Source: the human T2T-CHM13v2.0 reference genome, Homo sapiens. Taken from it: 64,000 bases of DNA. Positions 14,273 to 27,980 of the stretch are shown piece by piece. Where the stretch lies: NCBI RefSeq assembly GCF_009914755.1, contig NC_060930.1. One strand, written 5' to 3'. The translations under genes and the position numbers were made by a program. Numbering within the stretch: position 1 is the stretch's first letter; each line of letters opens with the position of its first letter. The notes below the pieces were generated by a model. It did no database searches. It was not told the origin of the DNA and saw only the letters and a list, made by a program, of their open reading frames with translations.

Positions 14273-15749
14273 TCCAAGTGGAAGGTTATGAAAGGCCACA
14301 GGGAAAAGAAAACACAAGACACTAAAACCTCAGGAGAGAGAAAGAGTTTAACAGTGCAGCTGGAGAGAGTGTGGGCCAGGGGCCTGGTGGCAGGTGCCTG
14401 GACAACACAGGCCTCAGTTGCAGCCACTATGAATGAAGAGAAAAACACTTGAAAAAAGGAAGTTAGGTTTCAAGGGCAACTTCAGCTTTTATATCTCTTT
14501 TACTGCCTTATAGTTTGTTTTTTAAACTTTTAAAAGAAAAGTGTGATTTCCTTTTAAGTATGTTTCTATCTCCTAACCTTGTGGTCAGAATGCTGGCAAG
14601 AGAGTTGGCAGGCTTATTTGCACTATGTTCCAGATATTCCTGGGATTGTTAGGATAAAGAGAGGAGAAAGGGCTAGAGAAGGAAGAAGAATATGCTGACA
14701 ATGGAAGTTTCCTGCCACCTGTCACTCTATCACACTAATGCTGTGTTCTTAAAAATGAAATCTGAACATGTGAGTCTCCTATTTTAAACATACTGATTCC
14801 CACCACTGCAAAATCTAGAATACAAAGGCATTTACAATTTAGTTGAAACCTACCTTTTCAGCACCTCTACCCACTGGACCTTATTGAAGCTTCAATGGCA
14901 TGAAATTTCTTTCTACGTCTTAAGCAAACTATGTCTTTATAACCAGGCGAGCACTAACTCAAGAACAACAGAGAAATGGGAACGTAATCCTGTATTAATA
15001 GATGCACAAAATCCTGCTCACTGCAAAAGCAGGGCTCTCTGATAAAAGCATGACTGGAAAACATGGTTCCTTTTGGGGCTGAATCTACCCTTACCTTTCA
15101 TTACAAATATCTGATTGGTAACTTACATACTCAGGGGGCACTTGCAGACAGAGAAGAATATACCTAGGCCTGCAGAGCCAATGCCAAATCCCTTTAAGGC
15201 AACCGCCTTTCCAGACACAGCCAACATCCTTCACCTAGTCACTGGCAGGAAGAGGAGGCGAGGTGAGGAAGATGGCCAGGCATGCCTACACGATTTGCTA
15301 CAGGGAGGCTTATGTGCAAAAGTCGTTAGGACTTTACCTACAGAACTTTCACAGGGCCCAGGGCTAAGACACTGCTCAGGGAATGCCAAGTTCTGATTTA
15401 TTGGGACAGAGAGGGAATTTGTAAATATAGCTGTGGTCCTCCATCCCCTGCGTCTGGAAGGTATGGTAACACCTTTCTTCGAGTCTAAGAGTAAAACATG
15501 AGAAGGAATGCAGTGTTCTTCCTTATCCTCATCAGATTGGGCTTTCATTATTTTTTATATCTGTTTTCCCCTATGGCTCTCCTCCTGGATCCACTAACGC
15601 ATAACAGAGTTAATGGCTGGCAATAATAAATTTCCATTTAGTGAGCAATGAACAAATGAATGAACGAACGGATTTTGTAGGTGATAGTATGTATCTGGAC
15701 TTTTACAGTTCTATAATAAAGGCTAAAAAATAAAACATAATGATAAATA

Positions 15750-15910
15750 ACTCTTCACACATAATCTCATTAAGTCCTCATAGCAACCTTGGGAAGTAGG
15801 GTTATTCCCATTTTCCTTATGAAAAAACTGAGGATCAGAGAGATCAATCAACCACCCAACTAGAATGTGACAATATTAGGACCAAGGCTCCACATCTTTC
15901 AGTTCCAAGT
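15750..15910 (-). mobile_element. MIR
   Basis: atctcattaagtcctcatagcaacctt...ttattcccatttt...aaactgagg core. Confidence 0.7.
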
Positions 15911-16349
15911 AGACAATACCAGAGCTGTCTGTCTAGTCTCACAGAGAAATTCATCACATGAAAATGAGGAGACAGTTAGGGAGGAAAAGGCAGGAGTATT
16001 TATGGCTATCAGATTTTACTACACTTAAGAATGAATTAAGATTTAGTAGTCAAAGATATAAATGATACCTACTCATTAGTAAGAAAAAGACACATAACAT
16101 AAAAGAATGACGAGCAAAAGGTATGAACATGCAATTCACAAAAAAAAGAAAGATTTTCAGCTTGTCTAGGAATTAGGGAAACACAAATGAATGAGATGTT
16201 CTTAACCCATGGTTGGTAAAAATTTAAGAAGTTCTATAATATCAAGTGTTGGTAGGAGAGGGCAGAAATGCAGTGGGTGCCACCCTACATTCTTGATGGG
16301 AGCATCATGTAGTGTAGCCCTTTAGGAGACAATTACCAGTTTCTATTAA

Positions 16350-16675
<326 letters not shown>

Positions 16676-16886
16676 CCAGTTTCTATTAAAACTTAAAATG
16701 TATATTTTCTATATGCTCAGCATTGGTCTAGCCCAGCAGTAGTCTAAAAGGTAGATTCTGTATATCTTGGGAATATGCAAGATTTATTGATTATCAGAGA
16801 AGATTTGATAACTTCTGTGTATGTTTAACTTCATGCCAGCCCTTTAAAGTTTTTGATGAGGGTCTGTTTTTGAGGAGTCAGCTATA

Positions 16887-17243
16887 AAGCACCATCTAGA
16901 TGCCCTTTCAGGACTCAGCTGGCGGGGCAGTTGGCTACCAATGGCTCATGGTTGAGCAGCTCATAGGAGATTGCCCTTGGCCAAGAGATCTGTTCATCCT
17001 GGGCAGTGTGTATGCAATGACTGGTCAGTGTGTGGGTAGAAAGCCTAGTCCTGGCCTCAATTCTGGACAGCTCTGAAGGCCATCCTGGCTCCTGTGCTCC
17101 TGAACTCTGAATCCTCTGAGCTCTCTGTGGCATCCATACTGCAGTTCACCTTCCTCTCCACCCCATTCCACTCTCCCCAGTAAAGTTTCTGCATACAAAT
17201 CTCAGAGCCCCAATGTCTGTGCTCTGGAGAACTGATCTAAAGC
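16887..17243 (+). mobile_element. ERVL solo LTR (LTR16-like)
   Basis: caatgactggtcag...gcctcaattctggacagctctgaaggccatcc...ctgcatacaaatctc...ctggagaactgatctaaagca. Confidence 0.7.
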
Positions 17244-17383
17244 AGTTTCTTAATGTACACATTAGTGCAAAAGCAAGTATGTGTAATTTGCAAATACTTA
17301 AATGCACATATATTTTGGTGCATGGGCAAACATACTTTTTACTGATAGCGTGGCAGGATCAGAGAAGTTTAGAGATCAATATC

Positions 17384-17820
17384 TGTCATAGGTTGAATTG
17401 TGCCTCCCTGCAATTCATATGTTGAAGTTCTAAGCCCCAATATCTCAGAATGTGACTTTATTTGGAAATAGGGTCATTGCAGACTTAATTAGTGAAGTGA
17501 AGATGACATCATACTGGAGTAAGGTGGACTCCTAATCCAATATGATTGGTGTCCTTATAAAAAAAGGGAAATTTGGGCATAGAGACACACATCGGGGTAA
17601 TGGGAATATCATGTGGATGTTGGAGTTATGCTGCCACAGCCAAGGACTTACTGGAAGCTAGGAGAGAGGCTTGTAAATGACCCTTTACAAGCAGATTCAG
17701 AGGGAGCACGGCCCTGATAATACCTTGGCCTTGAACTTCGGCTTCCAGAATTGTGAGAAAATAAATGTAAGCCCCTCAGTTTGTGGTGCTTTGTTACAGC
17801 AGCCCTAGCAAACAAATACA
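17384..17820 (+). mobile_element. MLT1 (B/C-like) MaLR solo LTR
   Basis: tgtcataggttgaattgtg...gaatgtgactttatttggaaatagggtcattgcag...gcagccctagcaaacaaataca. Confidence 0.9.
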
Positions 17821-17829
17821 ATGCCTGAG

Positions 17830-18915
<1,086 letters not shown>

Positions 18916-21900
18916 TCATTTAGGGCAGTTGAGTTAATATGATGTAGATCTCTGGGCTTCGTCTCCAGAGATTCTAACTCAATAGATCTGGGGTGAAGCC
19001 CAGTCATTTTCATTCTTATTAAGCCTCCCAAGGTGGTTCATTGCTTTGGGTTACCACAGGCAAAGAAAGAATCAAAGAAAATGCAACCACACTCATTTGG
19101 TTAACACAGCTGATTACTAAAGTCTCTTCCCAGCTCTGATGGAGAAGAAAGGAAGGGGCAGCGGTGGTGAGGAGCCTGTTTCCACTCTGGGACGGCTGGT
19201 CCAGAAAACCCTAAGCCCCAGTGTAAGGCTGGGCTCAGGGGAGCAGCCCCAAGAAGCCGCCAGGACAGGAGGCCGCCGCCCTCACTACCCATTGCTATCA
19301 TTTGGTGTATAGTTGTCCTGCGGTTTTTAGCTGTATTTAGGGAATTTGTATTACCCTAAGTTAAAATGTTTTTCTTTCCCTTAAAATTTTTATGTGTAAC
19401 TTGAAAAGATGGCCTATTTTGACATGAGGTCTGTCTGCCCAGGAGGTAAATTCTGGCCTCTTTCTGAATTATGTAAATGGTCTTTCCCACCCTCCCCAGT
19501 CCACACACCACTCAATTCATTGATCCTCATTTGTGTTTCCAAAAGTCTTTACCCATCCACTATTATGATAGTTACTATAACAGATTGTAAGTGTGTGGTT
19601 ATGTGGGCTTCCATTACCAGCCTTCTCATCTTGGTAAACCAAGGAGTTTGGCTTCATATGAAGCACACGTTATTCTCTTATTTATTCATTCTACAAGCAT
19701 TTGTTGAGAGACTCTCATGCGCTGGCATTCAGGAGGTACTGAGAAGACAGTTTTCTAACAGTCTCTGCCCTTAGAAGTTTATACTCTGGTAAAACCGGTC
19801 ATTGTTAGTTGGACTGAATTGTCTCTTCTGCCTCTACAATCTGATAAATGAAGTCGCAGTAAAGTGTGGTAAGTTATTTTAATTGTAAAATAAGACCCCT
19901 CTAGAACAGTGTTTAACATAGAAGGACTCAATTCCAAGAGTAGACTTTTAGATACTCCTCAAAACATACTATATTGAGCACTAAGATTTTGACTATGCCT
20001 AATGCCAGCCCTTGGAAACAACTGTTTCCAAATTGGTTTCGTGCTATCTGAACTTCACTGCCAGCTGCCACCATTGCCCAGCCAGATTGGGGATCCCATG
20101 GCCATAGAGCGCCTGGCGGCACTAGGACCAACATCAACATGTGTGTGGCTTCAGGGACCCCAGCCTCATTTTGGGAGAGTACACTGCACACACTAGGACT
20201 TTTGCTTTTGAAGCAGTTAGCATAGAGTTTCCAGAAGGAAGGAGGAAAAAAATCCACCATCTGTACTCTCATTTATCTTACCCTTAAAATGGAAGGAAGT
20301 TGGTAAACAAGAAAGAAAGCCAGAAAACTAAGGAAGGAGGAAGCAAGCTAGAATATTGATGTCAGGGGATAATTTTAGATGGACGACACAGCTGGAGTCT
20401 ATGGGAACTGTTCAAAGGCCTGGATTCAGGAACAGAAAAGAGGAGAGAGGGGAGGAGGAAGGAAGAAACAGGGCAAAGGGGCTGGAGTGGAAAGAGTTGG
20501 AGGTGGATGATGAATGGTGGAGGGAAGGGAGCAATAGCTGGCACTTCTTGAGCAGTATGGTCATAACGTCCTCATATCTCACTTAATATACATGTCAGTC
20601 TTTGAAATGAGAACATTGAAGCTTGACTACTCTAAGCTGCCAAGTCCCCTGGAAGGCCAAGCAAGGATTCACCTCAGGTGTGCTCAATACCCGAGGCCAC
20701 AGTCTTAAGGACTGCAGGCACTGCCCCTGGAAGGAGAGAGGAGAGCAGCTCCTATCTTTCCTGCTTTATGCTAACACGGACAACTTAGGGGCCACCTGCG
20801 CGCTGGAGCTCTGCAGTCCAGATGTCAGTTGCATTCAGGTATTTGCAAGGTCTTTGCAGCTATGACCCACAGAGTCTATGCAGGGACATTGCCTGGCCTC
20901 ATATTTTCCCAAATTTTTTTACTTAGTAGCAAGACCTTTGCTAGTCTAGACAGTGACTTTGTGCAAATTTGAAAATGGCAGCTCCTAGGGGTGGACCAAT
21001 TAGGAAAGACATCCCTTCCTTGGAGTCTGGGCCCTCAGCCCCAGGCAGGGCACAGGGCTGGGCTGGTCCTGACTGGGTTTTTATATTTATGCACAAATTG
21101 CACAGCCATTTATGGGACTGGTAGTACTCATTTGAGCAGCGAGAGGGAGAACACGGATGCCAGGTGGCTGGACCGAGATGTCCACCATGCTGTAGGGCAG
21201 CTCTGATTTTCTCTGTAATGGAGAAAGTAAACCATATCAGGCAGTAACGCTCCTCTTTTAATATCGGGTATTGCATTATTCAAAAGCACTTTGATTGGGA
21301 AGCTGTTCTCCCCCACTCCTATAAATCAGTTGACCAGAGCATAAATTGACCTTCAAAAGGTAGTTAGAAATGAATTTTTTCCTTTAAAAAGGAAGAAAAA
21401 AAGATGAAGTGCTAACCACAAATCTTCACAATGGAATACTAAGGAAAGATAGATAGTAATAATAAATAGTTAAGCCTTTGTATTGATATTATGCCTCTCT
21501 GTGAGTGGTTCCAAACCTCTTTCTGTATTTTTCAATGTGCTTGTGCCTCTCAACTGGCCTGTGAGACAGGGTGGGCAGGTATTATAATCCCCATTATTAC
21601 AAGAACAGACACAGAAAAATGAAATGCCTTGTATAAGCTCACATAACACATTAGCCTCTGAGAGAGACTAGAACTCCAGCCTCCTCGTGCCCATCCCTGG
21701 AAAGATCGTGGTGCTGCAAAATGACCCAAAATGGCAGAGCAGAAACCAAGATCTAAGACCCTAGTCTGTTTGGGGATGAGCAGGTTTAGCAGCTGAAATG
21801 AATGATGTTCCCTTTATAATTATTAATAAACTCAGTGTGTCCGTTGTGGAGCCTCCTCTAAAACAGACTTCGCTGCTCACCCTACAGCACAGCACCAGCT

Positions 21901-21974
21901 CATAGCAAAAGCAGATGACACAGAGCAACGCGTCTCTCCAGGGAGGGCACCTCAAATGCCTCAGTGCCCGTTAA

Positions 21975-22210
21975 TAATGATAACTATTTCCTTAGGAACT
22001 TACTGTTTCTGGGGAACTGTGCTAAACATCGCATGTAATTTACTTTTCAAAGCTCTTATCACAACCTTACGAAGAAAGCCTCATTATCCCCATTGAACAG
22101 GGACCTTAGAGGACTTGTCCACGTCTGTGCAGCTGCTTAAACAGCAATGCTGAGACTCAAACCTACAGCTATTGCTGAACTCCAAAGACAAGGGTCTCAA
22201 CCACTGTCCT
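21975..22210 (-). mobile_element. MIR
   Basis: cttactgtttctggggaactgtgctaa...cacaacctt...cattatccccatt...gacttgtcc...gagactcaaacc. Confidence 0.65.
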
Positions 22211-23295
22211 ATGCTCTCTCTGATCAGTGTGTTGCTAAAATGTAAACACCCATCCTTCTCCATACCTTTGGGAATACTAACAAATGCTGCTGTCTATGAA
22301 TGAAATGAATTTAGTTCCCAAGCAACATTTTAAATGAAACAGACCAGACTAGACTACACAGTATCAGTGCACCCCAGGTAATAAGGATAGTTATTATTTT
22401 TTGAAATGTGTATATGTACACAGACTACTGGGTGGTGATGTAAAGTGTATTTATTGCAGGTCACAACAGAAAAGTCTGAGAAGCACTGATTTAAGGGACC
22501 ACTCCTCTATCACTTTGTTTCCTCAAGTTTGCCTTCTCCCCATTCACAGCCACTTCAAAAAGACACCCTGCATCTTGGGATAAACCTATGTGGTATTGGT
22601 GACATTTTTCCTAAAAGTGACAGCAAAAATGAAAAATCATCCTTTCAACTCCACATGCTTCCTGAGATTTAGTTTATTTAATTTTTGGGGGTTGCATGTG
22701 GGCCTTGTGTTGCTGGAGCTGCTTGTAGGGTCTGTGTGTCCTGAAGTTGAGGAGGCAAACCTAGAGTCCACACATAGGGTCTGTGGGCAAAACAGGGAGA
22801 GCAAGAGGCTAAAGCATCAGTAATGCAATTATTTTCACTTACAGAAGGCTAGGAACTTGCAAGAGTGGAAGGGGAAATTTTAAACTTTTAAATCAAGGCC
22901 ATCAGAGGTATTTGTTTGGTGAGCAGATTTGTTTCTGAGCTAAGACTACCAAGAGCCCAAAATGCACTGTCAATGTGATTCAAGGGTGCCCAGTGTATGC
23001 CCCAAAGTTCTCTCTCCTACTATCATCAAGTTTAGCCACACTGGCCCCCAGCTGCAGATGAAAAAGGAGAAGCAAAAGTCCCAGTGTGAGGAAAGAGGCT
23101 AGGTTCAGACACGTATGTCTCTAAGAGGACACTCCTATTACCTCCACCCAGTCCTCCATTTTCAGAGTTCTAGGGACAGTAGGGACAGTAGGGTGACAGT
23201 AGGGAAAGAAATGTGAATGTATCAATATTGGGCAGAGGCAAGGATTTGTTGGGGGGCAGCTAGACCAGGTACAATACTCCCCACTCCTTCACCAC

Positions 23296-23711
23296 TTCAT
23301 TAGTCAGCTCATGTTACCATAACAAAATACCTCAGGCTGGATGGCTTAAACAATACAAATGTATTTTTCGCACAGTTCTGGGGGCTAGAAGTCCAAGATC
23401 AAGGTGCAAGCATGGTCAGGTTCTGGTGAGGGCTCTCTTCCTGGCTTGCAGATGGCCGCCTTCCTGCTGTGTCCTCACGTGGTCGAGTGAGTGAGCTCTC
23501 TCCTGTCTCTTCTTAAAAGGACACTAATCCTATTGGATCAGAGCCCCACCTTTATAACCTTAGTTAACCTCAGTTATTTCCATAAAGGATCCATCTCCAA
23601 ATATAGCCACATTGGAGAGTCAGGAGAGCTTTAACATAGGAATTTACATAGGCGCTTTAACATAGAGCTTTAACATAGGAATTTGTGAGAGTCACAGTTC
23701 AGCCCATAGCA
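23296..23711 (-). mobile_element. MLT1A-like MaLR solo LTR
   Basis: ccataacaaaatac...cacagttctgggggctagaagtccaagatcaagg...ttcagcccatagca. Confidence 0.88.
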
Positions 23712-25604
23712 CCCCATTTCAGAACATATCCTGGCCCACACTGACCCATTTGTCCTTTTTCCACAGCAGCCAAGATTCCTAGGTACCCTGCCTGCTGAAA
23801 GTAGGTATTTTTCTGAGAGGAGAAAGTTGTCACAGAGGCTAAAACTGTCCCCATTTGCAGGGAGGGAGGCTCAATGTGGTAGGCTGAGGAGAACTACCTG
23901 ATTCTGTTTGTGGATTTCCTGTTGATTTCCCATCCAGACAGCCATCATTTTGTTTTCCCCGTGACTAAGATGGAAAATTAAAATAAAACCTCACACACAT
24001 ACATTACACAGGTGTTGGGAGGGTAGGATTACAGGGGTCTTTCAGTTCCTAAATCATACGTTTCATGAATGCTTGAATTTTTCACCAATGTCATGTATGA
24101 TTTTGTGATTTAAAAAAAGGTAACACTTTATAACAACAGCATACAAACACGTGTAGTAACAGCACAAGGATTCACTGAGTAAATATACCAGGGTGATGAA
24201 AGCTCTTGGCTCACATTCTGTAAAGTGCTATCAAATGGTGGAATATGGAGAAAGGCAGACAGCTAATAGAGTTTCATTTCTGTTTGATTGCATGATTTCA
24301 GAAAGGAGAGTGAAAAGACAGCTTCTCTACACAGGAAAGTCTGGAGAAAAAGCTAGCTATGTTTTAAGGCAGGGAAGTAGCCCACATGGACTTTTGACTA
24401 AAGGTGAACTTGGACATGATCTGTGCTAGACATTTCTAGAACCTTCCAGACTCTGCAAAGTCCCTGGATGTGCTGTCAGTTGATTAGGTAGGAGCAGGGT
24501 TCTCAGGATGCAGTTCCACACCTGACTCTCTTTCCCATCCCACGAAGGGTGGCTGAAATCTGTGACCACTCTCAACTGCGTCCTAAGTACAAACAAAGCG
24601 TCCTTTCAGTTGAGAAAGCCATTTGCAGACACTGGGGTGGAAATGCAGCCTGGAACGACGAAAGGGCTTTATTAGAGCCCTAGTGTGGGTAGGGGGAGGC
24701 CGCTGGGCCCTGGCTTTATTAAACTGTAGCTCTTCCCTGCTGCCACCTCGATATTGCCAGGGCTATTGTTAGTCTGAATGAAGAGCACACAGGGCCGAGG
24801 GGAAAGCTTTAAAGAGGAAAGATGAGTCCAAATCAGGGAAGGAGAGCCTCTGCCTACCAATGCACAGAAATGCTTATAACTAATGTCATATAAAGCACAC
24901 ACATTACAAAGAAACACAGACCCAAGGGCTGGGATTGATGGGGTTGCTGGGGAACTGGGCCGCGCTCAGCTGCAGCCGGCACTTGAGTCCCATGTCTGAA
25001 AACAGGGCTCCCTTGTGGATTTTGAGAAATAACAAAGCTCTGGCTTTGAGGGGCTTCATTCCCTTTGAGGTTTCCAGCACTTATCTGCCAAGAGCTGTGG
25101 ATCCTTTCAGCAAGGATACCACTGGCAACCCAAGGCAGCTCTTGGGTTCTGGGGTGTTTTCCTACAGAAAAATCCTCGCTCTGTTGCTGTGACCTCCTCA
25201 CCAAGCAACAAAGAGCAAGAGCCCATCCAAGTGCACAACCCCAGGAGGGGAAAGGCTCTGCAAGTTCTGAAGGATCCAGAAGGGTCTCACCAACCATCCC
25301 ATGCTGTCTCTGTCCCCTGGGCTCCTTTGACTCCTTTCTTCTGGTCTGTTGGCTCTGAGGAGTGTGTGAACTACATATAATCCAGGACTGTATGGTCTCA
25401 GCATCCTGCAACAGGGTCATGGATGGGCCAGGGCCAGTACCAGCAGGGAGCTTTCTCTGCAGGCAGCATGGCCAATGACAGCACAGTGGGGCCCCAGGGA
25501 TCTAGCTGAGACTAGAAGTCGATGATTCCTGGACTCTGGCTGAGAAAGCCAAGCGTGGCCAGAGCATGTAGGAAACAGGAATGGAAACCATGAGCTTTCC
25601 CAAA

Positions 25605-25945
25605 GGCATTAGTTTCCTGAGGCTGCTGTAACAAATTATACCAAACTGGGTGGCTTAAACAACAGTCACTTATTCTCTAGTTCTGGAAGCTATTCTATTC
25701 TCTGGTTCTAGTTCTGGAAGCTAGAAGTCCAAAATCAAGTTGTCCACAGGGCCATACTCCCTCTTAGAGCCTCTAGGAGAAAATCCTTCCTTGCCTCTCC
25801 CAGTGTCTGATGGCTCCAAGGTTGCCTTGACTTGTAGATACGTCACTCCAATCTTTGCCTCCATCTTCACATCACATTATGCGTGTGTTTTTGCCTCTTC
25901 TGTGGGTCTCACAACACTCTCTGCCTTCCTCTTATAAGGACACTT
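25605..25945 (-). mobile_element. MLT1 (C/D-like) LTR fragment
   Basis: attagtttcctgaggctgctgtaacaaatta...agaagtccaaaatcaag...cttataaggacactt. Confidence 0.85.
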
Positions 25946-25948
25946 AAG

Positions 25949-26053
25949 GGCAAAGATTGGAGTGATGAAGCCACTAGTCAAGGCGAGTCTGGAGCCACCA
26001 GACACTAGAAGAGGCAAGGAAGGATTTTCTAGAGAAAATGTGGGGAACCCTGC
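25949..26053 (+). repeat. Inverted copy of the MLT1 segment 25778-25859
   Basis: 25949-26030 is the reverse complement of 25778-25859 (about 12 mismatches in 82 bp by hand count, no gaps). Confidence 0.9.
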
Positions 26054-26412
26054 TGTCATCGTCCATTTGTGCTGCTATAACCAAATACCATAGATAGGTG
26101 GCTTGTAATCAACAAAAGTGTATTTCTCATGGTTCTGGAGGCTGGGAAGTCCAAAATCAAGGCACCAGCATATTTGGTGTCTGGTGAGGGTCCACTTCCT
26201 GGTTCATAGATGGCCTTTTGGCTATGTCCTCACATGATGGAAGGGTTGATGAGTATCTCTTGGGCCTCTTAGAGCACTAATCCCATTTATGGGGCCTCCA
26301 CCTTCATGTGTCTAATCACGGCCCCAAAGCCCCACCTCTTGATAACATCACCTTTAAAGTTAGGTTTCCACATATGAATGTTGGGAGGATCACAGACATT
26401 TAGGCAATAGCA
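26054..26412 (-). mobile_element. MST/MLT1A-like MaLR solo LTR
   Basis: gtccatttgtgctgctataaccaaatacc...ggttctggaggctgggaagtcc...caatagca; 5-bp TSD cctgc/cctgg. Confidence 0.88.
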
Positions 26413-27734
26413 CCTGGTACGGTCATTCTGTCAGAAGGCAGGGACTGTCTCCCAGCTTCACAGGGAAGAGAATCAAGTGCACTTGCTCCTACTTTTCAAT
26501 GTCCTGCTTCCCAGGAGAGGCCACAGAGACAAGCGAAACCAGCCAAGGAACTCCAGGGGCCACAGGTGAGATTTCAGAAAGAGGCTGGCTAGAAGGGAAT
26601 TTTCTAGGTCCATCTCACTGAAAACAGTCCAGCAATGTAAACACCCCTTTTCAAATCTCACTGTTATAGACTCCAGAGGAGCCTCCGTGAACCAAATGGG
26701 GTAGAGTCAAGAGCTCTGGACTAATTAGCAGTTAGCAGATCTTGGTTCTAGGTCGAGTTTTGCCACGCTGTCATTCGTGACTTTGGACAAGTCACTTTAC
26801 CTCTCTGAGCATCAGGTTTTCTCGTGGTAAAATGGAAGTAATAATGCCTGAAAGAATCATGCTTCCTTAAGGTGCAAACGGGGCTGTGAAAGTGCTTGTC
26901 AAACTGCAAGTGCCAAGAAGACATGGGAGCATGGAGGCAGCATGGTTTCTAGGGTCCGGTGGGTGCATTGCAGCCTGAGTTTGCATCTTCCCTAAGCATG
27001 CGCATTTAACAGTGGGCTTCTGCCTGCTAGTAGCTACACAGATATAACTCTTCTGACAGGCTTTCCCTGTGGACTCGCTTGCTGCTGCAAACTGTTCCCT
27101 CTGCTTTGATTTTAAATTGCTTATTTGAACCCATGTTCGCAAATAGGGAAATAGTTCAAGCAGTTGCAGAAGATGGCACTTGGGGGTGTGGGTGGGATGA
27201 AGTTGTGGTGGGGTTGGTGCCTCAAGTATTACCCTGGTCACTGGGAAAGGAGTACCAAGCTGCTCAGAGGTTTGCCCCAGTGGGCCTGCCTTCCAAGCAG
27301 GGCTCCAGCACTGTAGCCTTCCCCCTGAGCCTCTCCTGGCCTGGGTCCCTACTGGAGACACGTGGCTTCAGGGCCTTGCTTCTAGACTCACACTGGGCTG
27401 AAAGGACAGAGCCATGGCTGTCCCTCTGGGACTAGAGGGCTGGTCCTTGACTCCACCAACTCTCAGTTTTCCTGATTGTATGGATTTTCAGAGACCTGAG
27501 CTGATGGAGCACCCAAAACCTGAAAAAAAAATTGAAAAGAAGCAAAAGGAAGGGAGAAATGGTGGAGACTGGAGACCACCTCCTGTTAGGTTTAAGGGCA
27601 AATGTGCTAGATTTGAATTGATGTGGGGAGGCATTCACAGTTTGCCGGAATATAATGTAAGATGAAGCTACTTCTCTGCATGCACTTAAAACCCAACAGG
27701 ACCCTGTTTACACAATATCTCCTTTCTTTTTTGT

Positions 27735-27980
27735 CTCAGTTATATTTATTGAGCTCCTAGCCTATGCCGGGTACAGTGCCAAGCAATTAATAAATATTAT
27801 CATGTAATCTGCATGAAATTCCATGAAATAGACATTTTATTCCATTTTACAGTTGAGAAAAACAAAATTCAAAAAAGACAAGTAACTACTTGTTCTGAGT
27901 CACTGGGTAGGTAGGTGGTGAAGCCAGGATAGGAAACTCACTCTTCCTGACTACCTAGACCCTGAGCTTTCTACTTAACG
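27735..27980 (-). mobile_element. MIR
   Basis: atttattgagctcctagcctatgcc...ttccattttacagttgagaaaa...gtggtgaagccaggat. Confidence 0.7.

Noticed and set aside
24854-25420. Longest ORF (188 aa, minus strand); likewise 26867-27361 (164 aa) and 3410-3745 (111 aa)
   Set aside because: No recognisable domain, and overlapping ORFs occur on both strands in locally GC-richer sequence; consistent with chance, though lncRNA exons cannot be excluded
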